Part shown: one piece after another, positions 24,344-37,454 of the stretch
How positions within the stretch are numbered: position 1 is the stretch's first letter
How the letters are laid out: every line of letters begins with the position of its first letter
Assembly (NCBI GenBank): GCA_045837725.1
Contig: JBEWZL010000257.1
Span: 310,001 to 352,571, forward strand
Origin: Vermamoeba vermiformis
Lineage: Eukaryota
DNA: 42,571 bases
Reading direction: 5' to 3'
Position numbers and translations under genes: made by a program
Notes under the pieces: model-generated
What the model was told of the DNA's origin: nothing
Database searches by the model: none
The model's input: the letters and a program-made list of their open reading frames with translations, nothing else

Positions 24344-25743
24344 CTAGGCGCAGCACCCAGAGCTCTTCTCTTGCTTCGATTTGCTATCAGTAGAGCGCGA
24401 TGAATCTGGTTTGTCCAGTATAATCGGATTGCTGCTAAAATAGCTCTCTTCCACGTGTGGATTCATGTTCTTTTTCAGATCCTATGCGCACAGGTCAGAA
24501 CCTCGAATGAATAATACTCCAATAATCGTTGTTCAGAAAATATTATTACCTCGTCTACTAATGGCTCTGGGTTGGAGTCCTTCAGCTCCTTGGCGATCTC
24601 AAAAAATGCTTCTTCGATACCTAAATTTAGCAACCAGGTCAGCTCGGGTCGGACCGCACGAACATATGTCGATAAATAAGAGAATATGATCTTACCATCG
24701 CCTGTCTTGGCTGATACTTCAAAAAACTTGGCGCCGACAGACTTGGCGTAGGTTTCGCCCTCTGTGACCTCGATCTGTCTGTATTTGGCACGATCGGCCT
24801 TGTTACCAACAATGGTGAGTACTATAAATATTATTATTATTGTAGTCGCGACGAGAGATTGATTCAATTTCACTCACGTATTTCTCCTTGGATGTTCCTT
24901 TGAAGCTCTTTAATGAAACGTAAATTCCGTCAGTAAATTTAATATTGCGCTTATTTTAGGTTTTAAGGCATGATATTCTGGCGCCATAAGATTTATCTGG
25001 CGTGCCAGTTCGAGAAATGTACGAGTATTACTAATACTTACCTTCTACCCAAGTAATCACCTTATCAAATGATGATTTGGAGGTTATATCGTAACATAAT
25101 ACTGCCGCTGCTGCTCCGCGATAGTACATCGGTGCCTACAAAGTCAATTTCAGCGTCGCGATCTACAGAGTCGGATCGCTGACTTACCAACGCCCGAAAT
25201 CGTTCTTGACCAGCAGTATCCCATAATCGACTAAGTATAATAATTATTTAGTATTATTCGTATGTTTATCATCGGAGATTGTCCGATATTAAAACCGATC
25301 GCTTACAGCTTTACTGAAACGTCATCAACCTGCCTGCAGTGCATAAAATTAAGCGAATTAGCTTATTTGATTGCATAGGTCGCCTATATTCTTGAGACTT
25401 ACAATGAACGAGAAATAAAAGAAGCTCCGACAGACGAATTGGTGCGTAAGTTGAATTGATTTTCTGCAAATCGCATTGCAATCGATGTTTTTCCAACACC
25501 TATGTAATGGAGTGTTATAATATTGTGCAAATAATTTGAAGCAAGATTTTGCAAAAAATTCAATTAAATTGGAAGATGTCGAAGGAAGATTCTCTGCAGC
25601 TTACCAGTATCGCCTAATAGCACTACTTTCGACTCTATTAATTTTTTTGAAGGCGATAAAGTTTGGGTTGACTTATTGAGTGAATTTTGGAGTGGATTTG
25701 AGCTGTTATCAGGACCAGCAATGTTTTGGACTTCCGCGCTCAT
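24344..25743 (-). CDS. Rab GTPase, Rab5/22/31-like, multi-exon
   Basis: [54 protein letters not shown], C-terminal GCCA. Confidence 0.92.
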
Positions 25744-26329
25744 ATTTACAAACTGAACTATACAAAACTAATAAATAAATAATATGTACAAACTTGAGGG
25801 CTTCTGCTTCGGTCAAACAACAGAATACAAAAACGGGAAGCTTTTTTGTCAATTCCCACCCGATCGACTCGATGAAAATTCGATTAAAACGACGCCTATT
25901 CTTTCGCCGGCATAAGATTTACCGTAATATTGCTTCTTGCAAACTCTGGGGTGGTCTTACAAGACAGGTAACGGAGGTTCGTTCAATCTGCGCACGAGTC
26001 ATTCGTTGCTCGTGCAAAATGTTGCCAATTTCAATAAAATTAACGAACTACATAGCTGGTTTAATACAGACAACCAGACTTCGTAGAAACGCTGGTCCAG
26101 ATCGATCAAAAAATAAATATTGTAAAATTAAAAATTCAGCAAGAATTTGCTGCCAATAAAAATTCAATATCAACAATCTCTATGTAATATTTGAACTCTT
26201 ACCAAACGCATATTAAATGCGCACCAAATATTATTTTTCGTCCTCGTGTTAGATTTAAGTCGCAGTTTGCTACTTTTTATGTTGCATGAATGTATACACT
26301 ATCAATATTGCATATTAATGATCGTCGTC

Positions 26330-26601
26330 TTAATGAGCAGGTGAAGGAGCTTCTAATTTCTTTTGTTCCGGCTTCTTGTTAAGTTTGCTGTTAATCCACA
26401 AACCACCGCCAACCAAGTAGGCAATAGCGATCTAAATTTATTATTATTAGTCTCAATAATTTTTTCCTCGTGTCCAATAATTTTTGAAGGTGTTTTGGAC
26501 CCATCCTAAACCGTATCGGTTGAGAAACTCACCCAATGGCCTTGCTTAGCAATAAAAGGCTTAATAGTGTTAGTTTCGAGTCTCGACCAGCCGGCACCCA
26601 T
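26330..26601 (-). CDS. 56-aa single-TM microprotein, 2 exons (26533-26601, 26330-26431)
   Basis: MGAGWSRLETNTIKPFIAKQGHWIAIAYLVGGGLWINSKLNKKPEQKKLEAPSPAH; canonical gtgag...tag phase-0 intron. Confidence 0.7.
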
Positions 26602-26748
26602 TGTGTATTAGCTTAGACAGTGTTGAATGAATAAATAAGCGCGGGTTCGTGTCAAATCAAATTTTGCTATTTTCCGAAAGAATTTTGCCCAGAATCCAGA
26701 TTTGGTCGCCGGTCAAACAACTGTGCGCTAAAATACATGTGTTTGGGT

Positions 26749-28437
26749 TTATTTTTGTCCCTTTCCTTTTTTCTTCGCTTTCTTCAAAAAGTTGGCGAAG
26801 TCTTTTGCTGTACAAGCTGTTTTTAAGAACGGATGCTTCAATAAGCTCGCGGCTGATGGTCGCGATGATGGATTCTTTTCCAAGCATTGATTCAAGAAGT
26901 TTAATAGACTCGGCGACCACTTTTGACTGTCTGGAATGTGCGTGTGTAGGACAATGCCGTTCTTTGCAATCTCTTTGATAGTTTCCTCAGGTGGCATGTG
27001 CGCGAGTGGCGGTTCTCCCTGTGAATAGGGTTAATATCGGTCACACATTAGGTATATGTACATGCCTGCATCAGCTCTATACACAGTACACCTAAGCTCC
27101 AAATATCTGTTTTCCAATCGTAATTGCCTGCGACTAAATCGAGTTGTTAGTTCGTGTCTAACACGTGCAACTGCAGCTACTTACTGCACTCAGGACTCAT
27201 CCAATATGCAGATCCGACCCTATGGTGCATGTTATTAAAATGTCTAAGTAGAATATAGCTTACTTTGCGTCTGATCTGGTCTTTCTGTTCGCTGTCAACT
27301 GACACGCCAAGCCAAAGTCCGCTAGTTTGATTTCACCGTTCTCACCCACAAGAACGTTGTCGCTCTTAATGTCTCGGTGAATACAGTGCATGTTGTGAAT
27401 GTAGTTGAGTGCGTTTAACTGAGAAGGTTGTTAGTATGCCACGACGTGTTCGTGCTCGTGCACTTACTAATTGCTCAAGAATGTATGCGATCTCTGGCTC
27501 ACCCATCTTTTGATTGATTTCATAGTCGAGTAAGTTGGCCAGTGCACTGTTTGTTTGTTAGTCCAGATCCTATCAAGCAGAATTGTAGATCTTACCCGTA
27601 AGCCATGTACTCCATTGTGAGCCACAGCTGATTATTTAAATAGAATGTATCGAAGTAATCGATGATATTTGGGTGTTTGATAAATCTTAGCAGTGAAATC
27701 TCTCGCCGTAGTCCTTCGAGTGCTGGATCGTCCAAATCCACTACGAGCATTAGTTTGGGTCGATAGTAGCACCTCTGCATTACCTTGCATCTTTTTAATA
27801 GCGACGTCGCGTGCTTTGAATCGATCTCGTGCGTAATATACTTGACCGTACGAGCCCGCGCCAATCACGCGTTGGTCCGTGTAGATCTCTTCAGGGTTAT
27901 CCTTGTTCAACAGTTCGTCCATTGCCAATACTGAAATTGAGCATTAATAACGCTATAAGGTACACTACTAGTTAATAGTAACGTACTTTTCTCGCTGGTA
28001 GGTAAATTTGAAGTTGAAATTCGATAAGCAGACTCGAGTTCGTTCAATTGCTCGGCCATGTCTTCTGGTAAGCCTGCGTATCCGTTTGAAGTGAAATCAA
28101 CGTGCACTGTTATGAATGTAAGATGAGCTTTAGATAGAATTTAAATTTTTAGTGACCTGCCAAAACAGATTTCACAACTAAAATAAATTTTATTATTTAA
28201 TGGAACCAAAATTCGCTAGTTGAATATAAGTATTCGATTTATGACATCGGATAATTAGATTAAATTAAATTTACCTCGCTTTTCTACATTGAACGGCTTG
28301 CTTAATTCAATATTGTCAAACTCGTAGCTGGACGAGGTTTTCTTTGATGAGGACGAGCCTCTTTTTTTCGACTTTTTTAGGGGCGTTTCGTCTTTGACTC
28401 GCTTGCCGCTTGGGCTGTCTGTCACATCTTGGCTCAT
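26749..28437 (-). CDS. PAK/STE20-family Ser/Thr kinase with CRIB motif, multi-exon
   Basis: [15 protein letters not shown]...[41 protein letters not shown]. Confidence 0.92.
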
Positions 28438-29057
28438 TTTCGGGATTTAATTTCTCTCAATTCTTCTGCTTGTTCTTTCGCAAGTGAGAGGTCGTAAATA
28501 AATATAAATAAATAATTATACTATAATACAAGTTCAGAGGCGCGAGTAATTCCAAAAACTCGCAGACAGCTAACCCGCAAATCTGCTTGAAACTACAATG
28601 GATTGCGCCAGAAATTTGAGTGCTATACTCGAGTAATAGCAACGTGTTGCAACTGAAGAACTACAACGATTAATTTGGTTGAGTCTGGGCGGGCTGGAAT
28701 TTTGTCCGAGTAAAATCGACGCCGGAAAAATCCTCTGTTGTTGCGCTTAAGTTGCTAAATTGCCACAACAGGCCATGTAATTATAGAGTCATATGGATAT
28801 TGTAAAATAAGTAAGACAAGTGTCGAGGTAAGCCGAATTAAAATTACGAATTGGTGTTCACAAATGGATTAGCAACTTGCGACCTGCAATTGGGCTAAAT
28901 AATGTATACAATAATTCAGAAAAATATTTAATATTTTTTATACGGCATTAAATTACCTATATTCGCAATTGTAGTTTCAGATCTAATCTACTACAAGAAA
29001 ATTCTTGTCGTGATTAGAGCTGTATTTTTAACGAATTGTTTATCGAATTCAGAATAA

Positions 29058-31268
29058 ATGGATTTGAATAATTTGACGCCAGAACAACAACAGCAAGTTG
29101 TTCTGCTCTTGCAACAAATCCAAGGACAAGCTTCCAATACTAACGCAGCCGAAAATTTAGCCTCGGCTATGCAGGTATTGTTTATAGAGACGTAATATCA
29201 TAATATTACAATTCTCTAATGGGATTTATTGAATTAGCAACAAGCATCCACGACGCTCGTTGAAAACATTAAAATCTTAGCAGTGCTCAAACTGCTGAGT
29301 GCGCGCGTGCAACAACAACCGAGTCACGTCGCGCAAGACCAACCATTTGTCGAGGGATCACAAGGATTTGGTTCTAATAACAACGCAGCGCCTGTTGGTG
29401 ACTCGTCGGTGTTGCTGCAGCAGATCTTGGAGCTGAAACAGCAAATGATCAACAGTACGCATCGGTCCATTAATACAACACTCTAAATATGGCTCTCGTT
29501 GACATTTTATTCTTGCTTCAGATCCAAACGACGAAGGTTTTGGATTGCAAGGACAGCCCCCGCCACAGCACGACGAGCACGAGTACTATCCAAACAACAA
29601 CAGGCACGATAACGGCAATTATCGGCGCGAACACAATAGTCCGCCACGGTGGCACAGGGACAGTAGGGGAGACAGGGATCGCGAGTACAGTAGGGACCAC
29701 AGTCCACCACGTCGTGAACGAAGTCCTCCGCACCATGGCTCGGCATCGGGTCGCCAAAGACCGCCCAAATGGGTGCGCGAACAACAGAAATCAGCGCCAG
29801 CAGCTGGCACGATACCGACACAGCCACCGCCCATTGGTCAAGGTGCTGTCTTCACAGCGCAAAACCCAACGGATATTTTGGCCTCGTATTTGACTGACGA
29901 GGACGTGGTCATTCCAAAGTTCAGTTTGATGCAGCCTGTGATCACTGGCACTAGCAATAGCAATAATAACACCACGCCTAAACGTGCGAGACCAGTTCCA
30001 GCACAAGACACGCCGCCACAGGCAGTCAATCCACCACCCATCAACAGACCTAAGTCAGATCTGCCTAAGAGCGATGTGTTGGTAACACCAGCACCGAATC
30101 CGAGTCCAGTTAAAGTGACCAATGGCCCACCGCCAATGCCTGGCACAGTACCGCCAAAACTTGCTCCTAAGAAAATGCCGTCATCGCCAGTCAAAGGCCC
30201 AGTACCACTCAGCAGTAGCGGCAAATTGCCACCGCCTGCACGGAAAGGCCCGCCATTGAACTCACCTGGCGCGCAAAAGCCAGCCAAAGTGTCGCTCGAG
30301 GGCGTTCCACCGCCTTATCCGCCTCCAAAATTCCCCCCAAACAACCACTGCACACCACTCCGACACATTTGAATCCTTCTCATTCACAGCCACAACCAAT
30401 GCCACCCAAACAATACGCCCCTAAAGTCGGTTCAAATCCACCGCCACGAACGACATTCCCGCCAAAACAACCCCATTCGTACCCGCAGTCCAAACCTTAC
30501 CAGCCACCCTCACACGCACCAAAGCAATCGCACCATGTACAGCACCCACCTTACGCACAGCCCCAACATTACCAGCCACCAATCCAACATCCACCCACAC
30601 AGCCTGCAGCTCAGCCTTATTATCAACATCCACCGCCACAAGTCCCTAATGCAGCACCAACTATTAGCCCCGCTGCAAATGGCCAGGGTCGCGATCTGTT
30701 TCAAGAAGCGACAGTTGAGGACTTGCAACAAGTGCACCAGTTCTTGACTGAGGTGCTGGAAATTCAACAAGAGGCTGCCAAGGACAAGTCGCGTGCAGCC
30801 GTTCAACGCGCGCCCACTCAGCCTGGCAAGCCCGCGCAACAAGTGGGACCTGCACTGCCACCGCAGGCCAGCAGTTACGCGCCTCCGCAAGTCAAACAAC
30901 CACCGCTGCTCACTAAACGACCCGCGCCGAGTGTTGAAACACCAGTCGCGTTCAAGAAGCACAAGACCGATCATTATCCACCCACTGCTGCTCCCAAACA
31001 CGCTGCAGCTGCTTACCCGCCCAAGGCACAGCCAATGCCCGTCGCGCCCGTGGCCCCACAAGCAGTGCCACCACAGCCCATGCCATACCCCGCAGCGTAC
31101 CCTGCAGGTTATCAATATCCGTATCCGTACCCTGCTTACGATTACAGCGCCTATCAGTACTACTACGGCGCTGCTTATCCACCGCCAGGAGTTGCCCCGA
31201 CAGCAGCGGCGAGTTATCCGCCACCGGGGTATTATCCTGCCGTACCGCCTGGCTACCCGAAGAAATAA
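29058..31268 (+). CDS. Pro/Gln-rich low-complexity protein with Arg/Asp-rich segment and YP-rich tail; one apparent frameshift at ~30333-30338
   Basis: ATG 29058, two introns, ORFs 29545-30372 and 30369-31268 with continuous composition. Confidence 0.7.
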
Positions 31269-31354
31269 CTGTAAATAAACACCTGTTAATTGAAAAGGTT
31301 TTTTATTCGCGTACAAAATACAAGTGAAATAAGTTACAGTAGTGAGAATTAGTG

Positions 31355-33612
31355 TTAAATTCTGATTTGAGGAATCAACGAGCCAATGTCATCGATGTCG
31401 TCCAAATTAGGCATGTCAGGATTGGGCACATTGTCCTCTTGACCAAAATTGTACAACTTGACGGGCTCTGGCGCTGGTTGCACGGGTTGAGGTTGCGGCT
31501 GTGGTTGTTGGGGTTGTTGTTGCACGGGCATGTATTGCTGCTGTTGCGTGGGTGTTGAAGGGGCCATGGTTTGAATGGGCTGGGGTTGTGGCGGGATGAT
31601 TTGTTGCGGCGGTGTTGCGAGCACTGTTGGCTGCTTTGGTGTGCCGTACGGTGAGCCGTTGGGGACGCCTGATGAATAAGGAGAGTGGTTGTACTGTTGC
31701 GAGGTATAAGGTGAGCCGTTGTTGGGCACACCTGATGCATAGGGCGAGTAGTTGTTGGACATGGTGTTGCGCTGCGAGTTGTTGATGTTGCCGGTGAATC
31801 CCTGCATCACCACTGTGTCGCTCGTGTCGCGGAATCGTTTCACTTGAATGTTCTCGCCAAATGCGCGTTGAATGAGTGCAACAACGCCGTCAAATATCGC
31901 GTCCATGTCGTTTTTAATGTCCACAACGTCTGACACGTACGCGTCATCTCCTGCAAACATTTTGGCATTTTTGCCACTCTCGCGCATTTGATCTGCGAGA
32001 CTAGGCATTTCACGCGCCCTATAAACGCATTAGTTACTTGAAATAACAAAGTCGTTTGAGTGTTTGTCCGGCACGTACTTGGCAATGACAGCGCTGGCCA
32101 GCTGCGAGTCACTGATCATCGAAGCAACATTGGCGCACGTGCTCACGAATTCTTCAGCGGCTTTACCAACCTTCTTGCCGAGCTCAACACGAGTGTCGAC
32201 ATCAGGGGCTTCTAAAAAGCGACCGACCTGCAGTGACACGTGTCAAACTCTGTCAACGATAAAAACCATTCTTGTGCACGTACCTCCAGGACTACTGATT
32301 CAATCGCGTTTGAAATTTCTTTAGTTTGTTTTGGCGTCTCAAGATGTATCAGCTTGTCAATTTCATCGAGTGCGATTTTGATTGTCTGATCCAGCGCCGC
32401 TTCGTTGGCAGTACCTAATCAACAATATTGGGATTAATACAACACTAGTATAATTGAAGTTATTACCTTTTCCGAATGTAGCTAGCTTTCCCACGGACTC
32501 GCGCAAACTCGAGACTCCTTTTTTGAGCTCGTCTTGGATGCTTTTGTCGAATGCGTTCTGCGCAGCCACGAGGCAATCTCCGGCCAATCTCACGCCCAAA
32601 GCACCGGCAGTGTTGTTCTCACTCGCAATCTGAACGCGAGATTAGTATACCATATTTGGTAATTGTACCGTACTGTCGCAAAGTGCTGTACTGACCTCAT
32701 TAATTAAATCTTTTTTAGCCTTTTCCGCGAGTGATTTAGTGATAGCCGTGACTTTAATAACGTTCTGCAATATTTTCTTGGTAATTGTCACCACGTCGTG
32801 TCTGTAGCCGTCGACTGCGGAATATTTGCCGCTAAAATTAAAAATTAAAATCGTTGCAGCGTGTTTTGTACTAACAGAGTATATTTGATGAATACAAACG
32901 ATTGAATAATTAATCATGACTAAGCACTTACCGTCCTTCCCATTTATCGCGAGATTTGTGCAGCTCGCTCAAACTTTCAATTGCTCGCATCCACTCTTTC
33001 ATATCTCGTTCATCTTCGGAATAAATAAGGTACGTGCGTTCAGATGTTACCACTTGAAAGCAATTTTTTTTCTGAATAACGGTTGATTAATTTCAAATTA
33101 AAATCGAATTTTCTTTTACTCGATCTGAGGCAATTTCTGCCGTCACGACTAGAACTATTATGATTCATTTAAATGTCGACAATATTAAAATTAATAAATA
33201 TGATTACCTTGACTTCTGGACCGGCTTTTTCGACGGCATTAATTTTGCTGAACAAGATGCAGCCCTTGGAAACCATGTCCTTGCGAGTTGCGAAGTAGTA
33301 CATTAAGTTATCTTGCAATATAAACCACCTATCATAATAACGTCAATAAATAAATATAACTTGCTAGCGCTATTTTAATTGATCCAGATGAAATTTTAAA
33401 TTGGGAATGCGAATGTAATGCAATTAATCGTACAAAAAATCGATGCATAATTTGTACACGCATATTTTGATGTCGATAGATTTAACTAACGCGTGGTATA
33501 AAAATTGTTAATGACGCGCAGATGTGGTTGACACTTACCTCTTTTTCCAGGTCTTATTTCGGCCCCCGACCTTAGTGAGGTAGCCCTCTTTAATCATACC
33601 GAACGAGCTCAT
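31355..33612 (-). CDS. PH-domain protein with helical-bundle (talin/vinculin-like) middle and Pro/Gln-rich tail
   Basis: [31 protein letters not shown] PH start; Ala-rich amphipathic helices downstream. Confidence 0.8.
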
Positions 33613-34326
33613 CTTGCTGCTCCTTCAGTTGTGTTTGGATCGAAAGTGTCAAAACTGAAAACTGCAGTTTGACAAGTTGTTGGCTCGAGATTGCGAGATT
33701 ATAGCAAAATACTTGTTCGATTGAAGCAAGTAACGAGAAACAACAGCTCAAGCTAGTCTAATCACACGTGTAATTGTAAACAAACCCGGTTATATCGGAT
33801 TCGATTAGATTTGAGTCTCGATTATAATAGAGAAGCTCCGAGTACTTTACTCGAAGAATATAAGATTCATAATTAATATCGTCCATTCGATGCATCGCCA
33901 AAAATCCATCTTCCAAGCAATTTGGTTGTTTAGTTCTTCCTACGAACACGCCGCTTAACAATTGCACCACTCGTGCGCTATTTATACAGAAGAGATGTAA
34001 TATGGTACGTATTGAAGATATTGAACTACGGTGGCAATAAGAGTTGCCGTTTTGCTTCGGATCCACTTCAATTAATTAATTTCAAGTAATATTTCTAATT
34101 GGCTTTCTTTAGCCGAGAAAATACTTATATCAAGTTATAACGTAATAATTATACGGCAAATTATTTGGAATTTTTGATACGAGAGAAAAATTGGTCAGGC
34201 CTTACAGACCTCTCCTTTGTATCTCTATTCGATTTAATTATAATAGTAATACGCGTATTTACACTTCTTAAAGGCAGTTCGTCGATTTGATTGCGCAATG
34301 CTGTTGTTTCAATTTTCCGAAGAGCA

Positions 34327-34957
34327 CTACGCAGATTTGCCCTTGAAAGTGCGCTTGGTGTCGTGTATTAAATAAGAGAACATAATAATCGTCACTGCAA
34401 AGCACACAGCGGCAAAAAACACCTGCGCGATCCACACGGGCACTTGACTGGCGACGAGTGCGACGACAATCACGAGCAGAATGAAGTTGACGATGTGGCT
34501 GAGGAGTGATAAGCCCGCGCCTAGTGTACGTATTAATATAATAACGTATGAGTATTGGGTACTTGTTTAAAGTGAATTGTTTTGAAAAGAACATCGTTGT
34601 GAAATTTTGGAATCAATGTGACATATTTTTAATTGTTGATCCGTCAAATCTTGCTGTTTCACAATATTTCGTTATGTTATATAATACGAAAATATAAGCG
34701 TTTTTTTGCATTTGATTGGAATTGGTCGGATCTGCAATTAATTAAAAGTTGCGATACCTACCGATGATGCCAATGACTAATACAGGCTTGTTTAATATAG
34801 CTCCACCAACTACGCCAAATATGCTCACTATGATTTGAAATGCGCTGACTGCAATGCCGACTGGATTATAAGCCACGCAATCCAAGATGAGTGCCACGAT
34901 CGAGAAGACTAGCGACGCGATTGATACGACGAATAGTGCTTTGGCTTTAACAGTCAT
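34327..34957 (-). CDS. Small four-TM membrane protein, 2 exons
   Basis: Two TM helices per exon, phase-1 intron, stop at 34327-34329. Confidence 0.7.
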
Positions 34958-35204
34958 TGTATGGTGCTAGCTGTGTCTGTGGTGTTGTGGTGATTATATT
35001 CGTCAAATCACGAAGTCTCAAGTGTGCGCGTAAGTGATTTTTTGACTTTTCTGCGTTGTCTTCGCGTCGGAAGTGCGTATTAAAGTAGTTCCTAGGAACT
35101 TACCGTTTGATTCGACGCACGACATTCCGCTTCCGTTGTGCATTGTTATTTGAACATAAAACAACTGTCAACTTGACACGATCAAATAGATATTGAAATC
35201 GAAG

Positions 35205-35775
35205 ATGAAGACATTAATTCAGTTGCTTATCTTGGCTATAGTAGTGTCTGTTTACGCGTAAGTTCGTTCTGTTCTTCGTTCGATTGAAATCGCATCTCAT
35301 ACTTTCCTAATCTAGACAAGACAATTCAACAATTATTGAAACGCAAACTGGCTTTGTACGAGGATATATTCAAGGTGAAGTTCGCAATTTTTATGGTAAG
35401 CCTATTCTAAACATGGCTACAAAATTTAAAAATTTTAACCTCATCCGTGAAAAGGAATTCCTTACGCCAAGCCACCCGTAGGCGTTCTTCGCTTCAAGCC
35501 CCCTCAAAGGCCCGACAATTGGACAGGAATTTTTGAGGCAAATACACCGGTAAAAATCCACTCATTCCGTGATCTTGGATTTGCGTTAATTAATGTTCTT
35601 TTAGGGCTTCTCGTGCATGCAGGACAAAACAACATTGGGCCTTAGCGTTAATGTGAGCGAGGATTGTTTGTACCTCAACGTACACACGCCACGAAATGCC
35701 TCATCTGATTCAAATTTGTCGGTAATGTTTTGGATCTACGGTGGAAGTCTCAAATCCGGCTGGGGAGACCTCTTT
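35205..35775 (+). pseudogene. Type-B carboxylesterase, 5' portion only, truncated by insertion
   Basis: Signal peptide, [39 protein letters not shown]; homology stops at GWGDLF before the catalytic GxSxG and no continuation is visible in the window. Confidence 0.85.
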
Positions 35776-35837
35776 TTAGGGTTAGGGAAAACGGAGAGAT
35801 CTGGCGGTAAGTAGATCTCGTTTGAATAGGGTTAGGG
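35776..35837 (+). repeat. Telomere-type repeats TTAGGGTTAGGG (35776-35787) and TAGGGTTAGGG (35827-35837)
   Basis: Directly visible at the esterase breakpoint. Confidence 0.75.
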
Positions 35838-36433
35838 ATAATATAATCCCTTAGGTACGTCATGGATCTGGTGCGGAGCGAACGCGGCGGCAGCCGCGTG
35901 AGCGACATATAATTAAACGCACCCAGATTACTGATATTTCTTTTAAATTTTAGGTAAAACGGCCATTATAACCGCGATAATAGGCCCGCAATGCTTGAAA
36001 TTCCTCTCGTCTCAGGAATTTCAATTTGAGCACGCGATCCCGACTGGCGATTTATTTTGCTTGTATCGCCGAGATTAACACAACGGCACGTAAGTAATGT
36101 ATATTTATTTAATGTTAAACTCACTGTTATTAATGATTTTATTAGGAAAACGCGTTGAAGCAAGCCACGAATCCGTCTCAGGATTTACTCGATAAAGTAT
36201 ACTCAACTCCGTAAACGCGAAACAAGGTAAGCAATCGTTTTAATAAATAATAATCAAGTAATACATTCTATTATTTTGATTAATCAGACTAGTAAACTTT
36301 GTTTCGAGTCAGATTTAATTACGATCTGACTCAAAATCAACTCGTTTCTTAATTTTAATTAGAAATTCCATATCCTTCTAATTTTGTCAGCTTATTATTA
36401 ATGTTTACAGTTTATTCATGTTAAATTCGACAG

Positions 36434-37161
36434 ATGAGTAAAGCAGTCACCCCCGCGAAGCCCAAAAAGCCGGTAGCAACTGAGAATGTTACTACGTAAG
36501 TAATATTAACTTATCGAATACACTCGTTCTTATATTTTATCTTAGTAGTGTCACAGAACGGCCATTTGGTTGCCAGCAGTGCGTGCGTTGTTTTCCAACC
36601 AACGCGAAGTTAAATGCTCATGTCAAAGACTGCCACCCTGCCAACCCTGACGACCTACAGTGCAAACATTGCAATGGTATCTTTGCGTCAGTCCGATCCA
36701 AGAATGACCACACTCAGCGCTGTCCGCAGTTGAAAAAGCAAGTGTGGGTGCCAACAGCGACTATAAACAGCACGAAAGTAAACCACCGACATGCGCGTGA
36801 TGAGAACTCATTGTCAGTGGCTGGAATAAAGATAGTGGACCTATTTCGTGAATATCTGCAAGCTGGCAGCTCTTCAACATTCATGCTAGGCCGAGGCAAA
36901 AAGAATTTAGAAGGTGCGAGTGTTAGCACTTACGCGTATCATCTCCGTGACTACTTGCACTTTCTTGAAGTAAGTCCTTGTCATTGAATGTATTAATTGT
37001 TTATTCTAACAATAATATAGCAATCTGAAACAGAAGAGTTTGACTACATATTGTACTTTCTCAACCCGGTGACTATTATATATATACTTAGGCTTAGGCA
37101 ATTTAAGGGTTATAAGCCTAATCCAGAACTTTTGTACAAAACCCATACAACAGTAAAATAA
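36434..37161 (+). CDS. Zinc-finger (C2H2 + C2HC) protein with phage-integrase N-terminal SAM-like segment; probably a truncated tyrosine recombinase
   Basis: Exons 36434-36495, 36546-36969, 37021-37161; RPFGCQQC...LNAHVKDCH, CKHC...DHTQRC; LFREYL...KNLEGASVSTYAYHLRDYLHFLE resembles integrase core-binding helices; no catalytic R-H-R-Y domain seen. Confidence 0.6.
37078..37121. repeat. Palindromic site A: TA run + TTAGGCTTA-N16-TAAGCCTAA
   Basis: 9-bp perfect inverted arms; directly repeated at 41543-41586. Confidence 0.8.
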
Positions 37162-37454
37162 ATATATATAAAACTCCAGATTGTTTATTCAAAATTTTAC
37201 AGTGCATGCTCAATTGAGTAAATTATTCATCACTGGCCTATGGGGGCCATAGTGATACAACCATGAACAAACTTGATACAAGGACAATCCATAGCATATT
37301 TGCCTGCAAGAACACCTTTACTGAATGATTGAATGAAGTAACCTGTGAAATCATCATACTCTCAATTTGAATATTTACATAGGAAAATTGAATGTACATA
37401 ACTAGACTTTGTATATTCAAAAAAGCTTCACTTACATTTTGCAGTCTGGGCAGA

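Noticed and set aside
25794-26159. 121-aa ORF
   Set aside because: TTG start, no motifs, lies in the Rab promoter/intergenic region
29489-31316. Multiple overlapping alternative-frame and antisense ORFs
   Set aside because: Shadow ORFs of a GC-rich Pro-rich coding region
33758-34066. 102-aa ORF
   Set aside because: GTG start, no recognisable motifs or splice context
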